The notes: generated by a model from the sequence alone, not told the origin. A DNA stretch of 64,000 bases from a virus (IMGVR_UViG_3300026094_000002); one strand, 5' to 3'; numbered from the stretch's first letter, positions 54,109-64,000 are shown. Made by a program: numbers and translations.

Positions 54109-54427
54109 AGAATTTAACCAACAAGAAAACAAACCGGTTGAAATAGAGTTTCGTTTATATTATAATGAGTATGGTTATCCGTTGTTTTATACAACAGAAA
54201 AAGTGTCTGGGAAATATATCGTTATAGACCGAGACACTTATGTTCGTGGAGATTACCAAAACATCAAGGTGAAAGATGGTCGTATTTTACAACAAAACCC
54301 CACTGATTCAATAAAGTTAGTACATGATGATTCGGCGGGAACTTGTTGTTTAAAAAATGACATTACACTAATTGACGAGTCTGGACAGGGACAATATTGG
54401 AAATTAAAAACACATGAATATCGTTGA
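54083..54427 (+). CDS. Hypothetical protein
   Basis: 114 aa, GAGGA RBS, overlaps both neighbours. Confidence 0.7.
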   Translation: MTNFWQGLEEFNQQENKPVEIEFRLYYNEYGYPLFYTTEKVSGKYIVIDRDTYVRGDYQNIKVKDGRILQQNPTDSIKLVHDDSAGTCCLKNDITLIDESGQGQYWKLKTHEYR

Positions 54428-55337
54428 TATTGCAGATTTGGATTGTATATTTTTAACATATGACGAGCCCAAGAAAGAAGAATTTTGGACTATTGTAAAA
54501 AACACAGTGCCATGGGCAACCCGCGTTGATGGCGTAAAAGGCTCTGATGCAGCACACAAAGCAGCAGCAGAAGCCAGCGAAACTGACCGCTTTATTTTAA
54601 TTGATGGTGACAACCTACCAAATCCAGATTTCTTTGACTTGCAGTTAGAATTTAAAAACGAGCAACAGGAACAAGCAGTTTTTAGATGGAGAGCAAGAAA
54701 TAACATCAACGGATTAATGTATGGAAACGGCGGCATAAGTTCTTGGACAAAAGATTTTGTGCGAGAAATGAAAACTCACGAAAACTCCGATGGTTCTGAC
54801 AAGACCTTAGTAGAGTTTTGTTTTGATGACCGTTATTGGGCAATGCATGACTGTTATTCTACAACATATCCCAACGGTTCGGAATTTCATGCATGGAGAG
54901 CAGGATTCCGCGAAGGTGTTAAAATGTGCCTTGACAGAGGATATTGCCCTTCTGTCTCTGAATTCCGTGACAGAGTACATGATAGAAACCTTGACCACCT
55001 AAATATTTGGCAAAATGTTGGTTTAGATGTTGAATACGGTGCTTGGGCAATTGCCGGTGCTCGTCAGGGAACATTTTTAACAATGTTAGATAATTGGGAT
55101 TACAGAAATGTTCAGGATTTTTCTTACCTCGCTGATTTTTGGAATAGCGAAGTGCAATCTAAAAATCCGCATGATTTGATAAGTGAGTTTGGTGAACGCC
55201 TATGCCAACAATTAGATTTAACTGATAACTTACTTGATGAAAACGCCAGTAAATTTTTTAAGTATCACTATCGTCCAAATTGGAAAAACATTGGACCTAT
55301 GGTAACCGAGCGTCAAGCAATTACTGGTGTCGTGTGA
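54414..55337 (+). CDS. GT-A fold glycosyltransferase-like protein
   Basis: FLTYDEP, VDGVKGSDAAHKAAA and FILIDGDN (DxD) motifs. Confidence 0.55.
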   Translation: MNIVDIADLDCIFLTYDEPKKEEFWTIVKNTVPWATRVDGVKGSDAAHKAAAEASETDRFILIDGDNLPNPDFFDLQLEFKNEQQEQAVFRWRARNNINGLMYGNGGISSWTKDFVREMKTHENSDGSDKTLVEFCFDDRYWAMHDCYSTTYPNGSEFHAWRAGFREGVKMCLDRGYCPSVSEFRDRVHDRNLDHLNIWQNVGLDVEYGAWAIAGARQGTFLTMLDNWDYRNVQDFSYLADFWNSEVQSKNPHDLISEFGERLCQQLDLTDNLLDENASKFFKYHYRPNWKNIGPMVTERQAITGVV

Positions 55338-56209
55338 CCGATTCTCAAAAGCCGACTCTTCCTTTTGTTGAAACCATGCTAACTCAAGCGTGTAATCTTT
55401 CTTGCAAAGGTTGTACAAACTTTAGCGATCTCAGTCACAAGGGGTATGTCACATGGGCAGAAGGAAAAGAATGGCTAACCGAATGGAAACAGCGTATAGA
55501 GATCCCAGACTTTGGCATCATGGGTGGCGAACCACTAATAAACCCTGAGTATAAAGATTGGCTTATTGGTGTTAGAGAGATGTTACCAGATAGCCAAATA
55601 AGATTTACTACCAATGGATTATTACTAGAAAAACACTGGGATGTATTAGATGTTATACAAGACATTGGTAATACAGTTTTTAAAATAACTGTTCATGTGG
55701 ATGACAAAAAATTAGAAAACACGATCCAAAAAATATTTGAAAAATATGACTGGGAACCAGTATTTGAATTTGGAATTCATCGTTGGGCCACAAAAAACGG
55801 GCTGCGGTTTCAAATAAACCGCCCGGACAAATTTATTAAAACTTTTAAAAATGATTATTCTCACATGTCGCCATGGCATGCTAACCCAAAGGATGCATTT
55901 GACAACTGTATACAGCAGACATGCCCTCTATTGCATAATGGAAGAATTTACAAGTGTAGCACTTCTGCTTTAATAAAAGACACACTAAGTCGTTATGACT
56001 TTCCAAATTGGAAAGAGTGGGAGCCATACATGTCAGAAGGAATACATTGGACAAGTGATGATACCCAAATTGACACTTTTATTAATAACTTTGGCAAGCC
56101 AAATAAAATATGTGCCCAATGCCCATCAGCCAGTCAAACAGATTCTATAGTTGACCACAAGATATATGTAAGTACCCGCAAAGTGAAAAAGTATATTACT
56201 AATGAGTAA
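55334..56209 (+). CDS. Radical SAM protein
   Basis: CNLSCKGC, MGGEPL, TTNG and C-terminal C...YKCS...CAQC; GTG start overlapping the upstream TGA. Confidence 0.85.
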   Translation: MTDSQKPTLPFVETMLTQACNLSCKGCTNFSDLSHKGYVTWAEGKEWLTEWKQRIEIPDFGIMGGEPLINPEYKDWLIGVREMLPDSQIRFTTNGLLLEKHWDVLDVIQDIGNTVFKITVHVDDKKLENTIQKIFEKYDWEPVFEFGIHRWATKNGLRFQINRPDKFIKTFKNDYSHMSPWHANPKDAFDNCIQQTCPLLHNGRIYKCSTSALIKDTLSRYDFPNWKEWEPYMSEGIHWTSDDTQIDTFINNFGKPNKICAQCPSASQTDSIVDHKIYVSTRKVKKYITNE

Positions 56210-57623
56210 AAATAATTCAGGCGATGAAGTAGATAACAACTTCAAGTCAAAATTTCTTTCTGATGCCGAAAAAATGAAGGAAAAGTTGGACGATGTCAGT
56301 CCGTCTATGTGTCTTGCTAAGTGGAAGCAAGTTAGTCTTCACTTAACAACTGGTCACAACAATAGTTGTTATCATCCTCCATTGCATAAAATTGATGCCA
56401 GTGAAATAACAAAAAATCCTGCAGCATTGCATAATACTCAACACAAAAAACAACAGCGTAAGTTAATGCTGGGAGGCACTCGTCCAACGGAATGTAGTTA
56501 CTGTTGGGCAATGGAAGATAATAATAAATTGAGCGACCGACATTATCGCTCTGGAGAACCGTGGGCTGCAGAACATTTTGATAATGTAGTCAATGCAGAC
56601 TGGGATGCTGATGTAACTCCAAGTTATGTTGAGGTAAATTTTAATTCTGCTTGTAATTTAAAATGTAGTTATTGTAGTCCGCAGTTTTCTACTACATGGA
56701 TGGAAGAAATAGATAAGCACGGTGCATATCCTACGTCTGTACCACATAATGCTCCTGAATATTTTAACGGTGATAGACGCAGAATTCTAAACCGTGAGTC
56801 TAATCCTTATGTAGACGCATTTTGGAAGTGGTGGCCAGACTTGTATCCAGAACTAAAGCATTTTAGGATGACAGGTGGTGAACCTCTTATGGATAAAAAT
56901 ACCTATCGTGTATTTGACCATGTTTTGGAAAATCCAAAATCTGATTTGCATCTAGCGGTGACAAGTAACTTTTCTGTCAATCAAAAATTATGGGACAAGT
57001 ACAAACAGTATGTAAGCAAGTTGTGTGAAGGTGAAACAATAGAACATTACATGCAATATGTCAGTGTTGATACATGGGGTGCCCAAGCAGAGTATGTTCG
57101 AAATGGGCTAGATTTTGGTCTACTATGGGATCGTGTTCATGAATTTTTAAATGATATTCCATACAGAAATTCTCTTACGTTTATCATAACTATGAACAAT
57201 CTATCTGTTCCTAATCTGGATAAACTTCTAGAGGGAATTTTAGAACTAAGAAAAACATATAGCGACACTTATCAGAGAATCTGGTTTGATACGCCAGTGT
57301 TGCACACACCAAAATGGCAAAGTATGCAAGTGCTTCCAGATAGCTATGCGTTTAAATTAAAAAAAATTAAACAGTGGATGGAAGAAAACATTGAAACAGA
57401 ACAATCTAGATTCCATGGGTTTAAGGATTACGAAATCAATAGACTAGATCGTGATATTGCATGGATGCAAGAAGAATTAAACGAAGAAGACAAAAAGCAG
57501 AGAATGGCTGATTTTTATAGATTTTTTTCTGAGCACGATTCCAGACGTTCAACAAATTTTATAGAAACTTTTCCAGAGATGTCAGAGTGGTGGCAACAGT
57601 GCAGGTACTCTGCAAATGCATAA
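56202..57623 (+). CDS. Radical SAM protein with N-terminal twitch/SPASM-like Cys domain
   Basis: CLAKW...SCYHPP...CSYCW followed by CNLKCSYC and TGGEPL. Confidence 0.85.
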   Translation: MSKNNSGDEVDNNFKSKFLSDAEKMKEKLDDVSPSMCLAKWKQVSLHLTTGHNNSCYHPPLHKIDASEITKNPAALHNTQHKKQQRKLMLGGTRPTECSYCWAMEDNNKLSDRHYRSGEPWAAEHFDNVVNADWDADVTPSYVEVNFNSACNLKCSYCSPQFSTTWMEEIDKHGAYPTSVPHNAPEYFNGDRRRILNRESNPYVDAFWKWWPDLYPELKHFRMTGGEPLMDKNTYRVFDHVLENPKSDLHLAVTSNFSVNQKLWDKYKQYVSKLCEGETIEHYMQYVSVDTWGAQAEYVRNGLDFGLLWDRVHEFLNDIPYRNSLTFIITMNNLSVPNLDKLLEGILELRKTYSDTYQRIWFDTPVLHTPKWQSMQVLPDSYAFKLKKIKQWMEENIETEQSRFHGFKDYEINRLDRDIAWMQEELNEEDKKQRMADFYRFFSEHDSRRSTNFIETFPEMSEWWQQCRYSANA

Positions 57624-59346
57624 TACTTTTTCTTACGAAAATATAACAGAATTTCAAATTGAGGTAACCACACATTGTAATGCTGCTTGTCCACAATGTC
57701 CTAGGAATATTAATGGTGGAGAGACAAACCCATACCTTGAGGTTCAACATCTCAGTAGAGAAGTAATTGATTCTACTTTTGACGAATCTTTATGTAACCG
57801 CCTAAAACAAATATTTTTCTGTGGAAGTTACGGTGACCCGATTGTTCATCCTGAGTTTTTGAATATAATAAAAGATTTTAGAAAAAAATCTGATACCTTG
57901 TGGATTTATATTCATACCAATGGTGGAGTAAGAAATACAGAGTGGTGGAAAGAACTTGCTGAGACTATTGGCGATTATGGAAAAATTGATTTTAATATTG
58001 ACGGGCTAGATGATACGAATCATTTATATAGAAGAAATGTATCATTTGATAAAGCAATGGAAAATGCAAAAGCATTTATAACTGCCGGAGGCAAAGCACA
58101 ATGGAATTTTATTGTGTTCAAACACAACGAACACCAAGTTGACACTGCAAAAATGATGAGTAATTTGTGGGGATTTGAGAATATTGTCTTTCGTGGTACT
58201 GGGAGATTTCTTGATCATAAGACACTAGAAAAATCTGATGAGTGGAAGGTCACCCCAAAAAGAGGAACGGAGTACTATCTTAAACCAACAGATATTAAAA
58301 GGTATTCAAATCAAAGCATTGAAAATTTGCCAAATCTAAAAAAACAATACACAGATATTAAAGACTATTTTGATAAAACGCCAATAAAATGTGATGCTTT
58401 AACTGGAAAAAAGGCAGTAATAACAGCAGAAGGATTAGTTCTGCCTTGTAATTTTTTTGAACATAATTTATATGATGCGAGGTTCAAAGACGAAAGTGTA
58501 ATGCCCCGGGCAAACGAATTGCATTATGATGAAAACGGCAATAATCAAGTTGAAGAATTTATTAAAAAGTACGGAAAACAGAATCTAAGTATATATCACA
58601 ATTCATTAAAAACTATATTCAAAAATCCGTTTTGGGATGATCTTATAGATTCATGGAATAAAGATATTGACAATGGAAGATTATTTGAATGTGCATTTAC
58701 TTGTGGACAGAAATTAACTAAAACATGGGATCAAAATAAAACAGTGGCTAATACATATAGATATTATATTACAGGTGATAACAGAGGTTTAGGAAAGGCA
58801 TTAAAAGAACATTTCTACGGTGATGGCTCTAGCAGAAGCACAGGATATGATATAACTAATCCAGAGCATATCAAATTAATTGCAAAAGAATCATTGCATT
58901 ATGATGTTTTTATCAATAATGCATTTGATGGTCCACCAGATGAAGATTGGGCAAATTTTGCTCAGATTAATCTTCTTCATGCAGTATTTGATGAATGGAA
59001 ATTACATGAAAAAACTGGATGGATATTTAATATTGGTAGTATAGCAGAAAAAGCAATTGTTGCAGCAGAGCCAAAATGGGAAAGATACAGAGTAGCAAAG
59101 AGTGCATTGAGTTATGCCAGCAAACAATCAAGTACTGCTTTTAAAAATAATCTTGTAAATTTTAAGACAACACTAATAACACCTGACAGGTTAGACACAG
59201 AATTATCAAGATCAAAGCCAACATGGACTGGTAATGGCATCTCTTGTGATGATATTATCAGGTTTATAGAATATTGCACATCAATATCTTCTAACACGGT
59301 AGTTGACGAAATCTCATTATCGGTTAACTTTGATTACCAAAACTAA
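57616..59346 (+). CDS. Radical SAM protein fused to a short-chain dehydrogenase/reductase domain
   Basis: CNAACPQC, CGSYGDP and PCNFF...CAFTC, then TGDNRGLG, INNA and YRVAK (YxxxK). Confidence 0.8.
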   Translation: MHNTFSYENITEFQIEVTTHCNAACPQCPRNINGGETNPYLEVQHLSREVIDSTFDESLCNRLKQIFFCGSYGDPIVHPEFLNIIKDFRKKSDTLWIYIHTNGGVRNTEWWKELAETIGDYGKIDFNIDGLDDTNHLYRRNVSFDKAMENAKAFITAGGKAQWNFIVFKHNEHQVDTAKMMSNLWGFENIVFRGTGRFLDHKTLEKSDEWKVTPKRGTEYYLKPTDIKRYSNQSIENLPNLKKQYTDIKDYFDKTPIKCDALTGKKAVITAEGLVLPCNFFEHNLYDARFKDESVMPRANELHYDENGNNQVEEFIKKYGKQNLSIYHNSLKTIFKNPFWDDLIDSWNKDIDNGRLFECAFTCGQKLTKTWDQNKTVANTYRYYITGDNRGLGKALKEHFYGDGSSRSTGYDITNPEHIKLIAKESLHYDVFINNAFDGPPDEDWANFAQINLLHAVFDEWKLHEKTGWIFNIGSIAEKAIVAAEPKWERYRVAKSALSYASKQSSTAFKNNLVNFKTTLITPDRLDTELSRSKPTWTGNGISCDDIIRFIEYCTSISSNTVVDEISLSVNFDYQN

Positions 59347-59347
59347 T

Positions 59348-60691
59348 ATGAGTATGAATCCAGATTTAAAATTTAAAAAAGAGGTATTAGACAAAAAAAG
59401 TGAAAGTTTTTGTGCGGCTAAATGGTACAATGCTACTATATGGTTAGGGTCTGGTATGACAACGAGTTGTCACCATCCACCAGCCCATCATGTATCCGCT
59501 GATGATGTAAAGAAAAATCCAAAACTTCTTCATAATACTGATCAAAAAAAGAAAGACAGACAGCAAATGATTGCCGGTGAGCGACCACCGGGTTGTGAAT
59601 ATTGCTGGAAAATAGAAGACATGGAAAAAGATGCTATAAGTGATCGTGTCTATAAAACAAAAATATATTCACAAAAAGAAATTGATGATGCTTTCAATAT
59701 TCCAGTCAATGAAGATGTTGATTTAAAAACATTGGAAATTAGTTTTGATAGAACATGTAACTTTGCGTGCTCTTACTGTAACCCTGCGTTTTCTACAACA
59801 TGGGTCAAGGACATCAAGAAAAACGGGTCATATGGTGGGCTACAATCTGATGGTAGAAATCACTTTACTCATACACATGATTCTGCACAACTTTTTAAGT
59901 TTAAAGATACAAATCCGTATGCTGAAGCATTCATGCAATGGTGGGAATCTGATTTGCATAGAACCCTGCAGGAACTGCGAATAACTGGTGGTGAGCCTTT
60001 ACTATCTGGATATACATGGCAGTTGTTTGATTGGTTTAACGAGAACAAAGGTAAAAGTAATACTAGGCTGGCAATTAATTCTAATCTTGGGATAAATCGC
60101 AAAGAGGTTGACAGGTTATTGGATGCAACACAGAATGTTGAACTAGACTTATATACCTCAAATGAATCCATGGGAACACACGCAGAATACATCCGTGATG
60201 GTCTTGAGTGGCAGCAATGGATTGGCAATCTTGAGTACTTGCTAGAAGGCAAACAACTTCGTGGTCTACATTGTATGTGTACTATTAATGCATTATGCTT
60301 AGAAAGTCTGGATGAATTTTTGGATCTAATGTTATACTATAAACAGAATTACGGCAAAGAAGCAGTTAATTTTTCCCTAAATATTCTAAGATTTCCAAGT
60401 TTCCAAAGTGCACTTGTTCTTCCTGATGAAATAAGACAGTCTCGGGGCGATAAATTACAACAATGGTTTGACAAGAACAGTTCGTCAGAATTTTTGCATG
60501 AAATGGAACTAAATCAATTACAGCGATTAATTGACTACCTTGATATTGTAAAAACGCCGCATAGTGAAAGTTTTGAACTTCCAAAGTTGCGTAATGATTT
60601 TAAAAAATTCTTTGAGCAATATGATACAAGACGTGGAAAGAACTTTGCTGATACATTTCCAGAACTAAAGGATTGGTATGAATCTTTATGA
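59348..60691 (+). CDS. Radical SAM protein with N-terminal twitch/SPASM-like Cys domain
   Basis: FCAAKW...SCHHPP...CEYCW, CNFACSYC and TGGEPL; start set at ATG 59348, just after the upstream stop. Confidence 0.85.
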   Translation: MSMNPDLKFKKEVLDKKSESFCAAKWYNATIWLGSGMTTSCHHPPAHHVSADDVKKNPKLLHNTDQKKKDRQQMIAGERPPGCEYCWKIEDMEKDAISDRVYKTKIYSQKEIDDAFNIPVNEDVDLKTLEISFDRTCNFACSYCNPAFSTTWVKDIKKNGSYGGLQSDGRNHFTHTHDSAQLFKFKDTNPYAEAFMQWWESDLHRTLQELRITGGEPLLSGYTWQLFDWFNENKGKSNTRLAINSNLGINRKEVDRLLDATQNVELDLYTSNESMGTHAEYIRDGLEWQQWIGNLEYLLEGKQLRGLHCMCTINALCLESLDEFLDLMLYYKQNYGKEAVNFSLNILRFPSFQSALVLPDEIRQSRGDKLQQWFDKNSSSEFLHEMELNQLQRLIDYLDIVKTPHSESFELPKLRNDFKKFFEQYDTRRGKNFADTFPELKDWYESL

Positions 60692-61692
60692 CTGTACAAG
60701 TAGAGGTTAATGACAATCATGATTTTTGGTTTCATAATGAATCAATAAATCAAATAATCTCAGAACTTATTAACAATGGGCGTGTAACCATAAACTTTAA
60801 TACAGAAGGGCCGTGTGTAAAATCAATGGGACTTTATGAGTTTCTTGAAAATATATCAAGCAATTTAAACATACCTCATAATAATATAGAAATACGAACA
60901 CACAATCAAGTAGAATACCACCCAACATTTAAAATAACTAAACTTCCTCTGGCACATTCTCTGCCCACTGTTCAAAATGAATTGTTTTTTGATGAAAACA
61001 AGCATATGAAGAGTTTTAGTGATAAATCTTTTAAAAAATTTGCTTGTTTTGTTGGAAGAAATTCATGGGATAGGTTACGGATTTCTAGCAGACTTTATAA
61101 AGAATATAAAGAAGAAAGCATCCAAACATATCATTTAAATATAGATGATAAAAAGTCCCTTGAAAGAAGTATTCTTGGTGTTGATACTATTATTAGCAAT
61201 TCTGCTAGTATTGACACTGCGAAAGATGCTTTAAACTTTTTGACAGAATGTCCTTTTAATGGACCAGATAATATAAATCAATATCCGATAACAGTTGATT
61301 CTAATTTAAACATTGATAGTGAGTATTATCGTTTTTTTCTAGAAGTTGTGTGTGAAACTTATATCAAGGGAAATACATTTTTCCCTACAGAAAAAACGTG
61401 GCGTCCTATTGCACTTAAAACCCCATTTGTTGTCAATGGGCCAGTTGGCTTCTTAAAGAATTTAAAGAAATTGGGATTCAAAACATTTGATAGGTGGTGG
61501 GAAGAATCTTATGATTATAATGGGCATGAAGCGAGAATAGAAAAGATTTTTAAAATTATAGATTATATTTCTACTCTATCAATATCAGAATTAAATACCA
61601 TGTATAATGAAATGCAAGATGTTCTAGAGCATAATTATCAGATTCTTTATAAATTAACACTAGAAGATTTTAAAAAAGTATTTCATTATTGA
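60688..61692 (+). CDS. Putative glycosyltransferase-like protein (GT10-like C-terminus)
   Basis: EVVCET...FPTEKTWRPIALKTPF...LKKLGFKTFDRWWEESYD; paralog of 5516-6505. Confidence 0.5.
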   Translation: MTVQVEVNDNHDFWFHNESINQIISELINNGRVTINFNTEGPCVKSMGLYEFLENISSNLNIPHNNIEIRTHNQVEYHPTFKITKLPLAHSLPTVQNELFFDENKHMKSFSDKSFKKFACFVGRNSWDRLRISSRLYKEYKEESIQTYHLNIDDKKSLERSILGVDTIISNSASIDTAKDALNFLTECPFNGPDNINQYPITVDSNLNIDSEYYRFFLEVVCETYIKGNTFFPTEKTWRPIALKTPFVVNGPVGFLKNLKKLGFKTFDRWWEESYDYNGHEARIEKIFKIIDYISTLSISELNTMYNEMQDVLEHNYQILYKLTLEDFKKVFHY

Positions 61693-61710
61693 TTATTAGG
61701 GATTTATTTT

Positions 61711-61953
61711 ATGATTAAAAACATGAAAGACCACTTAAAAAACAGCAGCATGACATATACATACCATATGCTTCACGCTTGTCATTACGGTTTTAGGTTG
61801 TTGTGGGCGGGATTTAAAAGTATTATTCATGGAATTTTCCCACTAGTATGGAAATATGATGGTCCTAGATCGATAATTAAAATGTATAGAGAATTACGCC
61901 GACATAAACACATCCGTAAAATGATGGATGAAGATACCGATGAGCAGAAATGA
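61711..61953 (+). CDS. Small hypothetical protein
   Basis: 80 aa; HLK...MTY..HM.HA...IIHGIFP pattern. Confidence 0.65.
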   Translation: MIKNMKDHLKNSSMTYTYHMLHACHYGFRLLWAGFKSIIHGIFPLVWKYDGPRSIIKMYRELRRHKHIRKMMDEDTDEQK

Positions 61954-62521
61954 ATTTTTTGCGATATCTTTTGATACTTCTATATTAAATGATTTAACAC
62001 AATATTCAAATCTTCCAGAAGTTAATGTCATAAACCCGATTGACTTTTTAAATCAGAGCAAAGTTGATAATTCTAAATACTTCATTAATTTAGTAACACA
62101 AGATTTTGATTTAAGAAAACAAATTTCTCATCATATGGATACTGTTAAGTGTAAAAGATTTAGCATTATTCACCATCAATCTTATGTAGAGGGATCAGAA
62201 ATTGGTGATGGCTCATTTATATATCCCAATGTAACAGCATATCCTAAATCAAAAATAGGAAAAGACGTTATTATACAATCTAATAGTAGGATTTCTCATA
62301 ATGCAACAATTGATGATGGGTGTTTTATTGGTGGTCTTACGAATATTTCTGGATCAGTGACTGTTGGTTCCTTCTGTAAAATATTCCCGTGCTGCAATAT
62401 AGTTGATAAAGTTAATATTGTTGATGATGTTACATTGGGAACTAGAAGCACAATAAGAAAAAATATTACAGAAAGTGGAACATATTCAGAATTACCAAAC
62501 AAAGTTAAAAAGATTAGATAA
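61940..62521 (+). CDS. Hexapeptide-repeat O/N-acetyltransferase (NeuD/PglD-like)
   Basis: Left-handed beta-helix repeats (IGDGSF, IGKDVI, ISHNAT, IDDGCF, VGSFCK) after an N-terminal alpha/beta domain. Confidence 0.75.
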   Translation: MSRNEFFAISFDTSILNDLTQYSNLPEVNVINPIDFLNQSKVDNSKYFINLVTQDFDLRKQISHHMDTVKCKRFSIIHHQSYVEGSEIGDGSFIYPNVTAYPKSKIGKDVIIQSNSRISHNATIDDGCFIGGLTNISGSVTVGSFCKIFPCCNIVDKVNIVDDVTLGTRSTIRKNITESGTYSELPNKVKKIR

Positions 62522-62523
62522 GA

Positions 62524-63813
62524 ATGACATACAATTATAATAGTACTGAACCAGTAAAAATTTCTAGTGATGATTTATCAGAGCGACATAAAGAATTAGT
62601 AACTGAAAGTAAAACTTTTTGCATATATCCTTGGATACATTTACATGCTTATCCAACGGGAGAAGCGTTCCCCTGTTGTCATGCAGAAATGAAAGAAGGT
62701 CCAGTTGGAAATTGTAAAGAGAATACTTTAAAAGAAATTTGGAATTCTAAGGAAATGAAAAATCTTCGGAAAGATATGTTAAATGGGACACCAAATTCCT
62801 ATTGCACAAGATGCTATGAACAAGAAGATTCTGGGTTTTTCTCTGGTCGCCAAAGTGCTAACAAACATCATGGCCATCATATAGACAGAGTTGATGAAAC
62901 TAACGAAGACGGTTCATATGACGAGTTTGCTATGACCTATTGGGATATAAGATTTAGCAACCTTTGTAATCTTAAATGTCGTAGTTGTGGTCATATATTT
63001 TCTAGCAATTGGTATAGCGATCAAGCAAAACTAGCCGGTGAAGACTGGAAGAAACATAATAAAGCACTTAACTTTGCTGGACGATGGGAAACCGATGTAT
63101 GGGAGCAACTTGTTGAGCACTTAGATTATGTTGAACAAATTTACTTCGCTGGTGGCGAGCCACTGTTAATGGAAGAACATTATCGCATTTTAGACGAATT
63201 GGAACGACGTGGAAGATTTGATGTTCGTTTAATTTATAACAGTAACTTTACAGAAACCAGTCTCAAAGGTCGTTCAGTTTTTGATTATTGGAAAAAGTTT
63301 GACTCTGTTGCCGTTGGTGCAAGTTTGGATGCCTCTGGAGAAAGAGCAGAGTATATTAGAAAAGGGACTAAGTGGGATAAGGTATTAAGAAATCGTGAAG
63401 AAATGTTGGAAACATGTCCTGAGGTTGATTTTTATATTTCACCAACGCTTTCAATAATGAATGCATGGCATTTGCCCGATTTTCATCGTGACTGGGTAGA
63501 AAGAGGCTTTATCCGTGCCCAAGATCTTAATGTTAACATCTTACAAGATCCAGTGCATTATAGAATAGATATTGCTCCAGATGCGTATAAGCAACAATTA
63601 AAAGAGAAGTATGAAGAGCATTTAAAATGGTTGCGACCATTTGATAAACTTAATCGGGCCTCTGTGGGGTTTGAAAGTGCTATATCTTTCATGATGTCTA
63701 CCAATAATCAACATCTGATTCCTGAGTTTTGGGCACGTACAAGACAACTAGATGAAATTAGAAAAGAAGATATTTTAGACATATTACCAGAACTAAAGGC
63801 TATAGCGGTTTAA
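62524..63813 (+). CDS. Radical SAM protein with N-terminal SPASM-like domain
   Basis: FCIYPW...PCC...GNCKENTLKEIWNS...CTRC, then CNLKCRSC and AGGEPL. Confidence 0.87.
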   Translation: MTYNYNSTEPVKISSDDLSERHKELVTESKTFCIYPWIHLHAYPTGEAFPCCHAEMKEGPVGNCKENTLKEIWNSKEMKNLRKDMLNGTPNSYCTRCYEQEDSGFFSGRQSANKHHGHHIDRVDETNEDGSYDEFAMTYWDIRFSNLCNLKCRSCGHIFSSNWYSDQAKLAGEDWKKHNKALNFAGRWETDVWEQLVEHLDYVEQIYFAGGEPLLMEEHYRILDELERRGRFDVRLIYNSNFTETSLKGRSVFDYWKKFDSVAVGASLDASGERAEYIRKGTKWDKVLRNREEMLETCPEVDFYISPTLSIMNAWHLPDFHRDWVERGFIRAQDLNVNILQDPVHYRIDIAPDAYKQQLKEKYEEHLKWLRPFDKLNRASVGFESAISFMMSTNNQHLIPEFWARTRQLDEIRKEDILDILPELKAIAV

Positions 63814-64000
63814 TGAAAATTCCTCATGAAAAGTTTTGTGTTTTGCCTTGGGTTAGTATGGAGACTAGCCCTACTGGAACTGTAAGACCATGCTGTTTGG
63901 CTGAGGATGAAATTGCTGATGATAATGGCAACCCATTTGAACTTGCTAGTGCACCATTTTCTCAAATTCAAAATAGCAATCATATGAAAACTCTCCGCAG
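63813..64000 (+). CDS. Further radical-SAM/SPASM paralog, truncated by the window edge
   Basis: MKIPHEKFCVLPWVSMETSPTGTVRPCC matches the N-terminus of the preceding gene; the CxxxCxxC motif would lie outside the window. Confidence 0.7.
   Translation, partial: MKIPHEKFCVLPWVSMETSPTGTVRPCCLAEDEIADDNGNPFELASAPFSQIQNSNHMKTLR

Noticed and set aside
52186-61953. RiPP precursor peptide for the SPASM enzymes
   Set aside because: The small ORFs in the island (80-114 aa) show no leader/core or repeated-core pattern; a precursor outside the window cannot be excluded.
1-64000. Stop-codon reassignment as seen in some jumbo phages
   Set aside because: Conserved genes, including a 14-kb ORF, are intact in code 11; TAG and TGA both end genes at sensible positions.

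Overview
A 64-kb segment of a large T4-superfamily (jumbo-type) myophage genome, read in standard code 11. It contains no cellular housekeeping operon, tRNA or CRISPR array. Left arm (minus strand): virion structural and accessory genes, a free-standing HNH/NUMOD3 endonuclease, and the head module (gp23, gp22, gp21, acidic core protein, gp20). A complete sufB sits inside the head module, followed by a tape-measure-like gene. Middle: a gp26-like hub gene with a probable -1 frameshift partner, a ~620-nt ORF-poor, heavily base-paired region between convergent genes, and a minus-strand operon (gp55-like late sigma, gp47, gp46, radical SAM, Holliday-junction resolvase) behind a near-consensus sigma70 promoter. 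Right arm (plus strand): baseplate genes, a 4662-aa virion protein, tail fibres, and an accessory island of glycosyltransferase-like proteins, an acetyltransferase and at least six radical-SAM genes running off the window end. Best leads: (1) the radical-SAM/glycosylation island with a phage SufB; (2) the structured non-coding locus at 18.3-18.9 kb; (3) a hairpin-associated frameshift signal at the end of the gp26-like gene; (4) a recurrent TAAATA-N5-7-ATG layout suggesting leaderless late mRNAs. All product calls come from motif recognition by eye; no database search or folding program was run.
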